Shown: in pieces, positions 12,441 to 30,618 of the stretch
Layout of the letters: each line of letters starts with the position of its first letter
How positions within the stretch are numbered: position 1 is the stretch's first letter
DNA from: Eledone cirrhosa
Taxonomy: Eukaryota
Reading direction: 5' to 3'
Length of the DNA: 64,000 nucleotides
NCBI GenBank assembly: GCA_964016885.1
Contig: OZ024742.1
Location: forward strand, 171,926,001 to 171,990,000
Notes under the pieces: generated by a model
Told to the model about the DNA's origin: nothing
The model's input: the letters and a program-made list of their open reading frames with translations, nothing else
Databases searched by the model: none
Program-made: the position numbers and the translations under genes

Positions 12441-13295
12441 ATAATAACACATTTGAAGACTAAAATCTGAAGAGGTCTCGATAAGGTTAAATATATATCA
12501 AATATATAAAACATAATCCATCATGAATTAACTACTCGACGGGTTAGCGCTAACCGAATCACGGATTAATATATATATTTCTGGGAGTGTGTTTGGTGAG
12601 GTGAGCATGTTTGGTCTACTTAATAATGTTTTCTTTGTCACCTAATTGGGTGTTCATAAAGTGAAACGGTGGAGTGTACCTTCTGCTAGAGGGAGACAAT
12701 GTCACCACTATTTGAATTATTTCCGAACCGCCATGATTTATCCACAATTAACACACTGTTAATCAAAACTAATAATTTCCATATGTTGTTCTTGGAAAAA
12801 TTCGGTTATGCCGACGAGTGTATCAGTTGTTCAAACGGCATAAGAACACGATCGTGAAAATGTAGACGTAGCAGGGCAAGAATTTGCCTAATATAATACT
12901 CGGGGAAATTCTGTGTTACATGGCTAACACAAGTGATTTAAAACCATAAGTCTGTTTCTTTTTATCTGACAACAATGGGGTTGCATGAAATAAATTGTCT
13001 TGCACAAGAACGAAACTCAAACACCCGAACAACCAGCCCATAGGTCGTCACATGAAGACACACATACACACAAATGTACGCATACGAATATTTGTGAAAC
13101 TTGTATGTGGCTTTGTATGAGTTAGTATTAAGTTAGAGTTAGGATGGACTTCATGTAGGCCTGAACAAACATTACTATACCATGGACAAACACGCATATA
13201 AATGTATATATGGATGCATGTATATGTAGATGTGGAAATAGATATATCATTTTTTTTTCACAACTAGTATTAATATGTACGCACACACATATACG

Positions 13296-13368
<73 letters not shown>

Positions 13369-13697
13369 ATATGCGTGTGTGTGTATGTGCGTGCTTATGA
13401 ATGTCTGTGTGTGTCTCTGAGTGTGTCTGCGTGTTTGTGTGCGCTCGCACACAGAGGTGAGTCGGCTGAATGTTGGAGCATTTATTATTATTAGTATTTC
13501 TTTTTTTTTTAATCTGACGTGGGAATGTTAGATATTTCTGTGAGTGCAAAGAGATGGGAAACATTTGATCTGTGTGTCAGGTGAAGCTCCTTAAATGCTT
13601 GGCAGTGCTCTAGATACCAAACACAGTAAGTAGCATACCTCGAATAAATATTCTTACACAACAGGTTCAGCTTGGTTTATAGAAAACACTCATAGAA

Positions 13698-13741
<44 letters not shown>

Positions 13742-13788
13742 GTATGTTTGATTGTATGTATGTGTATTTATATATATATATTTATATA

Positions 13789-13839
<51 letters not shown>

Positions 13840-14726
13840 CAAAAAGATCAAGTGTAAAAATTATTTCCAGAGCGCGGCAATCATGTGTTTATTGTACATA
13901 AATATATAGCATATATGTTTAATGCATCGGTCATATATATATATATATACATACATACAATCAAACATACACAACAAATTAAACAACACAGTACAATGAA
14001 ATATATATTAATTTTACGCTTAATCTTGCAGGGAAAATGTTTTTACGCTTCAGACACTAGTCTTTCATGAGTAGTTATAAAATGAGAAATAAAAGATGAA
14101 TTAGAAAGATAGTGTGAGAATAGGAAGCAACAGAAAATAAAAAGAGTTTGGAAACTACGCACACTCACGCGCACTCTCACACACACACACACATACACAC
14201 ACATACACACACACATACACACACACATATACACACACACACACGCACACACACACGCACACATATAAATATGTACATGACGGTACTTATATATGTTCCG
14301 TGTTTATATATTTCCCATGCATCGTTTGATCCAACGCTTCGGAACTGAATCCAAAGCCATGTGTTTGAGACATATCTCCAGTCTTTGTGCTTATATATGT
14401 GTACAATATAGAGTATACCTAATATAGCTTAACACTTTGTGATAAGATTTTTATATGCGGAAATCGTCTGGGGTTAACCAATAAGTTCTACAACTTAACA
14501 AATTTAACAACAACGACAAGAATCATAGCGGCAGCAACACTAAAACTAATGTCCTCTGTAACAACCCTGTTCACATATGGCAACGTAGGGATGCCAGTGT
14601 TGTGTAAATATATATATTTCTAGAAAATAAAGCCTTTTTATATGTATGTGACAAACTGATTTCATCTCTCTACTTATTCGTTAATGTTTCCATAAAATTC
14701 TGTAGAAATATTTTAAAGTGAGAATC

Positions 14727-14774
<48 letters not shown>

Positions 14775-15347
14775 GAGAGTATGGGGTCGAGAGATGAGGA
14801 GAAAACTAAAATTGGTTGGAAATATCCTAAGGTTAAAATTATGTTATTTCTATAGTGATATTTTTCAATGAGAACAATCTATGTTAATTTGAATTTCGGT
14901 TCAACAAAGTGTGAGAACGATAAAGACGATTGAAAACAATGAAGCCATTTAAAATGCAAAACAAGTTTGAAAGGTAGGAGAAGCCATTTTACCTACGAAA
15001 ACTGCTGCTACATATTGAGCAAAATGTAAATATACCTTAAAACCATTTAGGCTTCAGAATGAATATGAAGAAACTAAAAAAATATAATTGAAATGTAACG
15101 AAAGATTTTCATTTTTCACTGTAAACAGTCAATAAATGAATGGTATATGTGAACATTATCATAGATTTTATGTTTTGGTTTAGTATTTTATTGTTTTTTG
15201 GTTTAAACTTTTGGTAATTGCAGTCTTTTTCATTTTATCTTTTTGCTCTTTAATCAATTACAGACTATAGCATGAAAGCAAGAAGAAACTTACAGAATAT
15301 TGACGTTTGTGTATATACGTTCACACACATACACATACACACACATG

Positions 15348-15387
<40 letters not shown>

Positions 15388-15445
15388 GAAAGAGAGAGAG
15401 AAACAGAGAGAGAATCTCACACATATATGACTTTATGTATACAGA

Positions 15446-15520
<75 letters not shown>

Positions 15521-15533
15521 ATATATATATATG

Positions 15534-15569
<36 letters not shown>

Positions 15570-15624
15570 GCCTGTGTTTAGCTACGTGTATAAGTGTTTG
15601 TGTCGGAATGTAAATACGAGTATG

Positions 15625-15677
<53 letters not shown>

Positions 15678-16236
15678 ATATAGTGAGACCTTCTTTTACA
15701 TTACGTACATGCGTATTCAAGCTTCAAGTAGTTAACAATTTCGTATATAACGAAGTAGGTACAAACACAAATCCCACCCCACATACAAATACAAGCATAA
15801 AAAACCACATCGTAAATTCAAATACGCACAAACATAAACATTCAAACTTAGAAAATACACACATACATATACGCACACGGATACACGCTCCCTAAAAAAT
15901 AACACCGCACTAACTCACAGACAAACATATATGATGTCATGTGTATTTGTACCATTTTACCGCAAAAATAAAACGGTCCTACTGTAAGTTATTCTTTAAG
16001 AAAAAACATCATGGCGGCTGTATGCATACGTTTAGAAAATTTGCTTAATGTAGCCAGAATTCCATGTGAATAATAACAATGGCATGTACTTAGGGAATGA
16101 GAAAAGCTAACAAACAAAATATATTAAAAAAATTAATCACTGCAAAATGAAGTTTTATGAATATTCAAAGGCTTATTATAAAATGAAATGGCGTAAACAA
16201 AGATACTTACACGCATAAGAACACACCTACATACAT

Positions 16237-16332
<96 letters not shown>

Positions 16333-17010
16333 CATATACATGCATACGCAAAGAGACACTTATATATAAATATATACATATACATATACATACACATACA
16401 CTAACATATACATACATACACGTATACATACACTAACACACTCATATATAAATACATACACAGACATATACATACATACACACCTATATATATACACACA
16501 CATTTATATATATATATATATATATATACACATGTGTGTTTGCATGGTGTTATGCGTTTGTATGTATGGCGGTGCTAGTTTGTGCACACACATGTACACA
16601 CTAACATATGTATCTTTTCTGTGTCACTTTGAATCTCCCTGAGAACTACGTTAAGAATGAACGTATACACAGCGACTTTCACTTTAATGTCGAACAACTC
16701 GAACAACTCGAACATTTATTGGGGGACGAACACTGACACACATACATAAACGCACACGCAGACGCACACACACACACAGACCCCCACACACACATACACA
16801 TACACACACACACGCACGGACACTCACATACACACATGCACATTCTTTCGCACGTAGATTTTCCTTGTTTCTCAAAGTATAAATCTTATTGAACGTTTTC
16901 AATTACTTGGAAAAGAAACAAACATCGGGCATGTACGCATTTACATACACACACACGCACATACACACACACACAGACACACACACACACATATACACAC
17001 ATCCATGTAC

Positions 17011-17042
<32 letters not shown>

Positions 17043-18229
17043 CGATTCATATACACACGCCCACAAGTGTTATACATAGATGTAGATATAATCTAAAGCC
17101 GTAAAATGCACTTCTATACATGTGCATGTATGTATCCATGTATGCATGTATGTATGTATGTATGTATGTATGTATGTATGTATGTATGTATGTATGTATG
17201 TATGCATGTATATATGTGTCTATTTATGTGACTAGGTGTATGTGATTCTGTATGTAAGGCTGCACATGTTTGCTGTGCGAAATTCGTGTTCACACATAAT
17301 ATCAACTTTATGTTATGCAGTGAAAATGTCGCTAATTATAAACGTTAAAAGGAATCCCGGCATTCCAACTAATTTGGTTCATCAGCAAACAGCACATAAA
17401 TTCCCCTTGCACTATATATATGTATATATATATATAGATAGATACGCGCGCGTGTGTGTGTATGCATATATCAACATACGTACATGCGTATAATTATACC
17501 CAATCACACATACGCTGTATATATATATATATATATATATATAAGCTATGTTTGTTTGCTGTGTATACACCAATTACATCTGTACAGGTATAATATATTT
17601 AAATATATTCAATCTTATATAACATTAGCCCATTAATTCAACCATGGAGCTGTCAAACCAACAAAATGAACAAAGCCTATTTATTTAAGATTTGTTTTGA
17701 ATTTTATATCTAAAAACAGGAAGGAAAGAAACCCTTCTCTGATCTTGTCAATATCTTTATTGTTATAATTATCAATATAATGTAGGAATAATTATTATTT
17801 CCATTGCGTGCTGTTCGTGCATTACCGAGCATAGATCTCTGTGCCTTGGGTATGTACGGTGTTGTTGTTTTTTGTGTTGCTTCTATTCTGTTAACAGTAT
17901 ATTTCATAATGTGTGCAGTGCCCAGTGGTACTACTTTATGTTTGTTGTTTGTCCTGGGGCTTGTTTATGTATCTGACAGTATTTTCTCATTCCCAGAGCT
18001 CATTATTATATTGATTATTTCTGTTTTTGTCATCCACATTAGGTTTATTTTTACCTCCACATCTGTACATTCGGATAATGTATCCAATATTGTTATTTAC
18101 GGGACAGGTTCTCATAGATTTTGCATTTACTTTACACGATTCTAAACCCATTTCGTGTTGTTTCGTCCTTCTATTGTCCCTCCAAAATATGCGCTCTTTT
18201 TGCCAATTAATTATTATTATTCGCAGTGT

Positions 18230-18390
18230 CGGGTAGGATAATCGGCAATGTGTGTTTCGACTTTTTCCGTTATGATTTCAAATCTCACCGCGGTCAAATT
18301 TGTCGTTTATCAGTTCGATGGAAATAAAATACAAATGAAATGATTAGGTCGGTTTCATCGACTTACCCATTCTGCCTAAATTGAAAGTTA
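18230..18390 (+). mobile_element. Degenerate SINE (TTTGCCTTTCATCC family)
   Basis: Diverged homology to 43738-43960. Confidence 0.55.
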
Positions 18391-18847
18391 ATATTTTTAT
18401 TATTACAATGGGTGTTTTTGTTGATTATATTTATGTATGTAGTTGCAATTTTTCTTGTAGTTAAAGATGTGTATGTCTTTATTGTTGATGCAGTTAATGC
18501 TATTTATATTGTGGCCGTTTTTGGTAGAGTTAATACTGGTTATGTTGCAGGTATTGTTGTTACCACATTTTACAAAACGTTACTTATGTGTTATTTTTGT
18601 TGGAATACTCTTTGTTGTGGTAATGGTGGTTATGATGTTTTTAGTAATGAAATAACATTTCGATGTAATGCTCCTTGCTTTCGATTTTCACGTGGTGAAC
18701 AATTCCATTAATTCCACGCGGTTCTATCTAAAATGTTAAGTTTTTTCTTTTGTTATCATTAATTCATTTATACTTTCTAATTTTATTCATGTTGTTGCTA
18801 GTCTTACTTTTATTGTTTATGTCTGCATTATTATTATTATTATTATG

Positions 18848-18882
<35 letters not shown>

Positions 18883-19019
18883 CATTATTATTATTTTTAA
18901 TCTCATTATCATAATTATTATTAGTATTATTCATATTGTTATTATTGATATTATTTCATTGCATGTATAAATAACTATTGGGAAATCACTTGATATGAAA
19001 AATCCTATTTCCTTCGTGC

Positions 19020-19300
<281 letters not shown>

Positions 19301-19613
19301 AGAGGTATATGAAGATGCTGATAGAGAGAACAAAAGAAGAGCATAGGAAGAGTAAAAATGAGGTAGTGGGAAAGAGATTTGAAAATGGCGTAAATATTTC
19401 ATTTTCCATGCACTTTACCTGTTAAATAAATAAATGTTGTAAAACAGTATGTATGTGTTCATTGATGAAGGGAAAATAGTGTTGGTTCAGCAGATTCTTC
19501 ACAATAATAAACCAGTTTTCCCAATATCCAGAAAAAAATACGCATTGTAAGGAAAGTTTATTACGTAAATATATACACAAACATTCATACATTCACATAC
19601 ATACTGACATATG

Positions 19614-19752
<139 letters not shown>

Positions 19753-19936
19753 AGACAGATCTACCAAAATATACGGTAGTGTCCAATCCGTATGAAGAAC
19801 TCAATGTAATCCAAATATCATGAAAAGAGAAGATGCATTCAAAGATTTTCGATAAAAAATCATAGCAAAATAGTCAAGATAAATTAATAAAAACAATGAA
19901 ATATAAACAATGAACAAGTTCCTTATATTAAAACAT

Positions 19937-20072
19937 TCATAATTTTACGATCGTTTCTGGGATGTATATGTGTGTTGGTATGTATATCATATACATCTAT
20001 GTAAAAATATTACAAATTATCAGAGGAAATATACATACCTTCACATATACATGCCGTCCTCAGAAATGATGA
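19937..20072 (-). ncRNA. Inverted copy of the long-stem-II hammerhead
   Basis: Plus strand shows TACGATCGTTTC (~19946-19957) and TCCTCAG (20057-20063). Confidence 0.75.
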
Positions 20073-20636
20073 GATGTGTTTATTGAAAAAACCAACAAAG
20101 ATTTAATACAAAAGGTCTGTTTGGGAATAGTTTAAATAATATTGGTATTTCTCATTACTATCTTTTTCCCAAAATGTTACTTTCCTTCGTTTTTAACAAC
20201 ACTCTTTAATGACGTCTAATTCTTATTTATCACATTCATATGAATTAATATAACTTTATCCCTATAAGTATACCTATCAGTTAATTTAATTTCTTGTTAT
20301 AGATCTAAATTCCTTGTGGTTTAAATAAGATTGGTATTTCTCACTAATACCCTTACCCTAAAATTTTATTTTCCTTCGTTTTTAACATTATTCTTTAATA
20401 ACATCAAATTTTCGCGCACCCTTCACTATCTTCTTGGCTTGACCCCTTTTCAACCCCAAAGTATTCTTTTCATTCAAAACATAAGTCTGCACTCCTCTAC
20501 CCCTAAAATAAATCTCTACTACTGCTATTCTATCAACTTGACCTCTAACTACTTTTCTATTGGTCAATTCAAAACCTATTCCCAAACAGACCTTTTGTAT
20601 TAAATCTTTGTTGTTTTTTTTTTCAATAAACACATC

Positions 20637-20770
20637 TCATCATTTCTGAGGACGGCATGTATATGTGAAGGTATGTATATTTCCTCTGATAATTTGTAAT
20701 ATTTTTACATAGATGTATATGATATACATACCAACACACATACATCCAAGAAACGATCGTAAAATAATGA
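20637..20770 (+). ncRNA. Hammerhead ribozyme with ~100-nt extended stem II
   Basis: UCAUCAUUU-CUGAGGA(20646)-long stem (GGUAUGUAUAU/AUAUACAUACC)-GAAA(20750)-C-GAUC-GUA-AAAUAAUGA. Confidence 0.75.
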
Positions 20771-20822
20771 ATTTTTTAATATAAGGAACTTGTTCTCTGT
20801 TTTTATTTCATTGTTTTTATTA

Positions 20823-20905
<83 letters not shown>

Positions 20906-21032
20906 TGTCTGTGTGTATGTCTGTGTATATTTGTGTGCGTATATATATATATATGTTTGTGTGTGTGTAAACATATATACATTTACATATACATATATAC
21001 CTATATATACACACACACATAAACACATATAC

Positions 21033-21089
<57 letters not shown>

Positions 21090-21563
21090 AAATTAGTTAC
21101 AAACACACACAGATTCCATAATCTGGGTATATAGTATGCGCATATACGTGTGTGCATATGCGTGCGTGAGTAACAATGATAAAGTAAATTAAAGTGTTGC
21201 GCGGGTATGGGCTATTAATTTTCCCATATTTATGTACCATGTACCTTAAATGCCATAAATGGAGGCTATCAGCGATCACCGCTCAATTACTACACCACCA
21301 CATAAACTATCTATTAGCTTTCTCCATAAGAAAACAAAGAGGGAGCTGCTAGTACGGGCGATTTCATTAATGGGAACAATCATTTTGTCTTTAACTGGCG
21401 TCAGTAATTAGATTACGGCCATGCTATGGCACCAACCAGAAGAGATTTAGTAGATAACAGTTTTAAGTTTGGCATTTATTTTCTCGTTAATTTAATGTCT
21501 AAACCTCAAGTTATGATGTTTCTATATTTTCTAAAAGAAGAGTAAATATAGAAACAGACACAA

Positions 21564-21689
<126 letters not shown>

Positions 21690-21916
21690 TTATTTGATAA
21701 TCGCCACCAACAAATGCGTGAATGTTCTCCAGGAAAGTTAACCAGGAATCTTTTAAAAAATCATCCCACCCGAGTTAACAAAGAACTTACTAGAACTGCA
21801 AAACGGAATTGTAAAATTATGATACTATAAAATTAAATTAAATTGTCTAGAAGTGGAGTCATTCTTTTCCTTTTTTTAAATATACTTAACTCTACCAAAG
21901 ATTCCACACATTGTCC

Positions 21917-21986
<70 letters not shown>

Positions 21987-22541
21987 GTATAAACTATTAC
22001 TTATATGTTTATATATCTTAATAATTGTTATGTTCGTCAGAGCGTAGAAATCATTGGGCTGTATCTATGCCCTGTATTCAGATCCCAAAGGGTTTCTCAA
22101 TGATTAACAATCCCACTTCCTGAATTGTTACAGTATCGACTCGAAAGACATGCGCTATTAGTTACGAGTTTTTACAACAATTCATGTGACAAAACTGGTG
22201 CCATGCTCTGTAATTACTTCCCCATACTTGAAAAACATCGGGGAATTGGTGATCGGAGTTTCCACGCACGGATAGTGGCTAGTCATCCATAAACACACGT
22301 ACGTATGCACACATTCTCAATGAGTAATCATTATACAGATTGGATATTTATGATTGGAAAGAAGAAGACCTTGTTTAATGTTTAATCGATACATATTAGA
22401 TATGGTTATTATCTTTAATTCTTAAGTCAAAACAATGGGATCCCTGCTGACTCACCTGATTAAAGCTTCGTACTAATTAAATGTAGGATACTGGGCAATG
22501 GTGGATATTCTATTGGTATATATTTACACACACACACACAC

Positions 22542-22608
<67 letters not shown>

Positions 22609-22612
<4 letters not shown>

Positions 22613-22830
22613 CAAAATAACAGGAGGCATGGAATGGTGTAAATCCAGATTTACACCAGTACATGCCTCCTGTTATTTTGTAATAATTAACTCCGTACCC
22701 GCACAACCAACTGCACAAACGAAGATGGGTGGTTCTATTACGTTGAGTGCTTTCCATAACATTACATCATGGCTGACCACACAGAATGACCAGTTCTATC
22801 CAGTGGTAAACCAACAAAGCCAAATAAATA
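22609..22830. mobile_element. TA-flanked fold-back element (37-bp arms + ~145-nt tail)
   Basis: 22609-22645 pairs with 22648-22684 with one small internal mismatch. Confidence 0.65.
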
Positions 22831-22854
22831 TATATATATATATATACGTGTGTG

Positions 22855-23200
22855 AAGGCACGTGACGTACTTGTTAGAGCGTTGAGCTCACAGTATGGCT
22901 GTGTGCTTGAATGAAGGACGGTGCAGTGAATCGTGTTCTTGAGGAAAACTCTATTCCATGTTGCTTCTGTTCACACAACTGGAAAAATGAAATGCGACGT
23001 CACCGGTGCCAAGCTGTATCGGCCATTGCCTTTCTGCTGGATAACATCCATTGCATGAAGACCGGCAGGCAACGAGAACTGCTGGTCTTCCCCAAACACA
23101 CATTGCCAGGCTTGTGCCTATTGATGTAACTTTCTTCTTGCAACACCATGGTAATTCGTGACCAAATTCCTGTGGTGAGTTAATTATAATAATCAGGATT
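22855..23200 (+). mobile_element. Degenerate tRNA-derived SINE
   Basis: GAAGGCACGTG...GTTAGAGCG head; body CGGCCATTGCCTTTC...GGATAACATC shared with 37770-38150. Confidence 0.6.
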
Positions 23201-24022
23201 TAGAACGATATCTAGTGATTTCGAACTCGTTGTTTACAATTTACTCAGCAAGTTCATTTGGTTCTCATGAATTGGATTAATTGTAATACAATCCCAGCCA
23301 CAAGCTTAAGCTACGAAAACAGTGTAATTATTGTATCAACAGATTAATACACACACAAGCACTTATATATTTATATGTATGCATTTTGCCGTTGTTTGTC
23401 TCCAAAATTGCAAAATATTACATTTTAGTGCAATGATGTCTTACACTAAATACTATAGAAAAATATCAAAGAAAATAGAACATAAAGATATGCCACGATC
23501 AAACAATAATTAACAAACAAAAGAAAGAAAAAGGCGAAAAACGAAACACAAACACTAGAAGAAAATAGAGGGGAAATGATGAAGATAGGAAATTAGTTGA
23601 TATGAACAAAATGGTTGTTATGATAAAGAACTACTTGGAATTCTCTGCTGGAACTGGTAATGTAACAGTTATGTTGTTGGCTGATTATTGGATAAGTAAA
23701 GGAAATTACATCAAACGAGACGATTTTACGTCAAGTCAACAAAACAGCGCCATCTAACAGACGATTATTGATTTTACAACTATGGCTTTCCTCTTTGGTC
23801 CGGTATGGTATGGTCTAGATTGGTCTATTGCGGCCATCTTTACATAGAACAACAACAGTTACACGTGAATCACTTTATACAGACACTAGAACATGGCTCT
23901 CTTTCTCTCTACTTATCTCTCTCAATATATGTGTGTGTGTATATGTATATATATATAGAGAGAGATGCATATGTAAGCAGACATACATACAGTCACAGAC
24001 ACACACATATATAAATAAATAA

Positions 24023-24104
<82 letters not shown>

Positions 24105-24253
24105 GCATATACATTACTTATATAGGGATAAATTGTACCGTGCCGGTTTGACATATATCAAGAAGACAAATGTCAAACGTGAGGCCTAGGAAAATGTTTA
24201 TCGGTTTTGCAAGACATTTCGTTGATAATTATCCAATATAAATATAATGGACA

Positions 24254-24342
<89 letters not shown>

Positions 24343-24692
24343 AACACGCACACACACACACATACACACACACACACACTCACACACACATTTATATATA
24401 TGTATATACATATATATATTATTATCTGACTGAGAGTAACGGTGATTCTCTTTCTATATTTCTCACTCTTACCACTTAATCTAAAGCATAGACTCTTCCT
24501 CTTTCTCATAGAATGTCTGCGGCTCAGGGACAAAGGAAGTGAGAGATGATGATGTTTCATAAAGACTATTTTCACAAGAGAGCGGGAGAGTAAGAGATAG
24601 AAAAAAAGCGAGAGACATTTAGAGGTCAAAGAAGACTTGAAAAATAAAGAATGGTAGAAAGTGAGACATGCCTCAAGGTAAAACGAAAAGGG

Positions 24693-24744
<52 letters not shown>

Positions 24745-24745
24745 C

Positions 24746-24931
24746 AAGTATGACCCCGACGGCAGAGCTCAAGCCGTTTCGACGGCTATTTCAGTCCAGA
24801 AATAGCCATCGAAACGGCTTGAGCTCTGCCGTCGGGGTCATACTTTCCCCATTGCCCACTCTACTACCCTAAGTATTGAGTACTTTGGTGCGTTATGGTC
24901 CATCTGGTTTCTTACCACGTTTCCTTCGTTA
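24746..24931 (+). mobile_element. Minimal PLE-HHR family A fold-back (~100-bp palindrome + tail)
   Basis: AAGTATGACCCCGACGGCAGAGCTCAAGCCGTTTCGACGGCTATTTC / GAAATAGCCATCGAAACGGCTTGAGCTCTGCCGTCGGGGTCATACTT, then the family A tail; (TA)n on both sides. Confidence 0.85.
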
Positions 24932-24935
24932 TATA

Positions 24936-25116
<181 letters not shown>

Positions 25117-25555
25117 GAAAGAGATGCAGGGAAACAGTATTAGAACTGTTAAACCACCAGCATTCATATTAAATCAAGTGACATTAATACAATATTGGAG
25201 ACTCATTTCCAATCGGAGTATGTTTAAGATTTCAATAGTCAGATTTGCATACCTCTCTCTTACTTTACAAATGGTGCAGGATTTAAATACACCTGATTTT
25301 TCTTTCCATGGTTATATTTATGACATGGATATGAATAAATTACCATATATTTGAAGTTCGTCAATTTTGGAGCATAGAGTAATATATGGGAACGTATTAT
25401 AATTAAATAGATAAGAAGTTTGCTTTGCAATCATTTGATCCCATCGTAGTTTCAACAAGCGCCATTTGCTATATCCCTTGTACGATTCACGACTTAGGAG
25501 TGAACACATTTATATCTTCGTGCTTGTGTGTATGTGAGTACATATATCTATATCA

Positions 25556-25678
<123 letters not shown>

Positions 25679-26442
25679 TATGTGTGTGTGTATGTATGTG
25701 TGTGTATGTGTGTGTATGTGTGTGTGTGAGTGGTTTGTCGAAATATCTCGAATTTGAATTCTAGCCAGCGCGCTAACTCTCTATAGCTGTCCAATCACCT
25801 GGTGGCATTTAATATCTGGAATGGTCCTATGCTCTACCTTTGTTTTGTCGCACTATTTCTCGCCATGTTGCTTGAGACTGGAGCCCAATCCTACCATTCT
25901 ATTCTACACCAATTGCAGACTGATTTTCTCTAATAACCGATTTTTCATTCACTCGTTAATTTGTGTTTGAGATGCGTTGGCTGAGACCTTATGGCGGGAG
26001 CGGAAGTATTTGAATTTCGTGTCTTACCGTCACATAAATATCTTAAGTTATAGCCAATCAGTTGACAGCATTGTTATGACGCGTATGGATTTGGGTTGCT
26101 GGTGGTTTACTGTGCTGGCCGTTGCTTTCATTGTCATAGCCGACACGGATTGGAATCGAATTATGTCGATCGATTGCTTATTAATTAGGCGAAACATGCT
26201 GATGAAGCCATATGCACTGATTGCGCATTGTTGCATAATAGATGCAGAGAGTGTATGCCGTGCACTCTATTGCTGCATTAATGGTGGCCGAAACTCGATT
26301 GCGGGTATTTATTGAAGGATATCCATCTACGTGTGTTGTATTGAAGCAAATAACTATATTTCTACTCTGGAATTTTACATTACCTATTCAGTACGCTCAG
26401 ATGCAACTGTACGAGCAGTGAACACCATGCTAGTCCCGTCAA

Positions 26443-26489
<47 letters not shown>

Positions 26490-26600
26490 TAGAAATCTCG
26501 CCGAGGTCAACTTTACCTTTCATACTTACGGGGTCGATAAAATAAAGTTACAGTAATGTACTGGAATAATTGCTGGCCTTGTGCCAAAAGAAAAATAATA
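26490..26600 (+). mobile_element. SINE 3' fragment (TTTGCCTTTCATCC family)
   Basis: GCCGAGGTCAACTTTACCTTTCATACTTACGGGGTCGATAAAATAAAG...GCTGGCCTTGTGCC. Confidence 0.8.
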
Positions 26601-27804
26601 ATAATATATATATATGAAAGTATAGAAATAATTGTGAGCGTGAAACCAAGAGTATTTCATAATATATTAGTGACTATAACGTCAAAATGGAAAATAATTA
26701 ACGTAAGATGTGGGAAAATAATTCAAACTCAATTAAAAAAAAATCAAGACATATATTTATCCACACAATTTTGTGAAATCCAGGGAAAAATCAATAGAGC
26801 CTTAACTCTGAATAAAATAAAGTTTAAATACTCATCCTCCAATTTGGAAAAACTACAAATGCTCTATATAGTTTTAAAAAGACTATTTCACGAAACTTTC
26901 AGTGGGGATGGTCACGGTTGGAGTCGTTCATCAGTAGAGCTCAGACACAATAACCTTAAGACCACTGCCAGAATATGCCAAAAATGGAATTTAAAAGCAG
27001 GCTAGTTCACCTTATGCGTAATTATGAAAATAAACGCACATGGAGTGACATGGCTGGTGACGTCAGAATGAGACGGATGTCTGTTTACAGGAAACAGCAG
27101 TCAAAAAACATTCCGAAAAAAAACTCTACAAATTTAAGGAGTTCAGCAAAATAGCAATATTATCGCGGTTTTTTAAAATATATATATATCCATACCATAT
27201 ATATATATATACACATACACAGGCATATAAAGAGATTGTCAAATAGATAGATGTATGTACACACATACATCTATGTATGTACACACATTCATGCATCTAT
27301 GAGCGACGTGTGGCTATGCGTCAAAAGAGGTATAGGGAAGATGCGTGTATTGAAAATTGAAAATAAATATGTTGTTGATATCTACTGAAGAAAACAAATA
27401 GTCATTTTGTAGCATTAAAGAACCGGAAACAGGAAGTACTAATGCTGTTTTCATTGTGGGAATATGATTACTACAATCACATGCCGTATATCTCCCCATA
27501 ACCGTTTTACACCGCCACCATCCCTGCTAATACTCTCACCAGCATTTCTCCTCCTCCAGCTCAAATTACTGTAACTATTACGATTTCCATACTACTACGA
27601 GTTTAGCACAAGCATCAATATCATCATCATCAACAGCAATTCCACACACCTACTAACAAAACCAACAATATTATCGCAAACAACAATATCACCATTACAA
27701 CCATCATTACCATACAATTACCACAACGACAACAATTATCATCTCCCTCCGCAGCTTCAACGATATCATTATCACTTTTTGATACTTAGCCTGTTTTTTT
27801 CTCC

Positions 27805-29509
<1,705 letters not shown>

Positions 29510-29820
29510 TGTGTGTATATATGTATATGTATATATACATATATATTTATATATATATATCATAGGATTAGCGATTGATATAAAATAACAAGTAAACAGT
29601 CATCCAATTTTAAAATGTTTGTAGGAATGAAAGAAGTGTGACCGAAAGCACACCAGTAGAACAAACACGTTTGTAATAGAATGGTCAATGTCTATCTCTC
29701 TATCCATCTACATAACCTTCTATAAATGTTTGTGTGTGTATATGTGTGGGTTGTTTTTGTAGATGTATATATATGTAAACATACACACACACGCACACAC
29801 ACACACACATATATATATAT

Positions 29821-29988
29821 ATACTTGGGAGGGTCATATTTGTGTAATATTGCAAGAATTAATAACAGAACACACTCACTGTTTGGTTGGTTTTCGCTTC
29901 TGTGTCTTTTATATCGGTTAATTTAATTTATTCGGTCCTCAATGTTGCCATTGACTGACCAACGGTCAAAAATACAGATACAATATAG
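29821..29988 (+). mobile_element. TA-embedded dispersed repeat (family D)
   Basis: Homologous to 60907-61075 and inverted 61220-61392 (AATAACAGAACACACTCACTGTTTGGTTGGTTTTCGCT); stub at ~35325. Confidence 0.8.
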
Positions 29989-30025
29989 ACACAAACACAT
30001 ATATATAGTATATATATATATATAT

Positions 30026-30175
30026 GAAAATGTTCAAGACAGCTGAGCAGGGGCCGTTTCGACGGCTAGTCCAGAAATCGGGGTCTTGAACATTTTCCTA
30101 TTACTCATTCTACTACCCTAAATATTGAGTACTCTGGTGCGTTATGGTCCACCTCGTTCCTTACCACAATTCCTT

Positions 30176-30214
<39 letters not shown>

Positions 30215-30350
30215 AACCAGTAAGACCCCGACAGCTTAGCTCAAGCCGTTTCGACGACTAATACTGGTTCCTATTACCCACTCTACTACCTCAAGTATTG
30301 AGTACTTTGGCGCGTTATGGTCCACCTGGTTCCTTACCACATTTCCTTCG

Positions 30351-30352
<2 letters not shown>
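30026..30352 (+). mobile_element. Two tandem minimal family A fold-backs (30026-30180, 30212-30352)
   Basis: Each has an inverted GCCGTTTCGAC arm followed by the conserved tail; separated by (TA)n. Confidence 0.8.
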
Positions 30353-30418
<66 letters not shown>

Positions 30419-30505
30419 ATATATCAAAGGAATTGTGGTAAGGAACCAGAAGGACCATAACGCACCTGAGTACTCAATACTTACGGTAGTAGAGTGGGAA
30501 ATAGG

Positions 30506-30618
30506 AAAAAGTATGACCCCTACGGCAGAGCTCACGCCGTTTCGACGGCTATTTCTGGACTAAATTAGAATTTTTAGCCTGGTGAATAAATAGCCGAACT
30601 TGTCAAGGGAGTACTTCC
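30506..30618 (-). ncRNA. Inverted U3-A8 hammerhead copy, GUA site
   Basis: Minus strand: UCCC-UUGACAA-G...C-GAAA-CGGC-gugagcucu-GCCGUA-GGGG. Confidence 0.85.

Noticed and set aside
12440-12960. GIY-YIG relic on the minus strand
   Set aside because: Only a YYIRQ-like word, with no supporting motifs.
24847-24931. HDV-like ribozyme in the family A tail
   Set aside because: Could not build the nested double pseudoknot by eye.
26556-27005. 149-aa non-repetitive ORF
   Set aside because: Begins inside a SINE tail; AT-rich with no domain signature.
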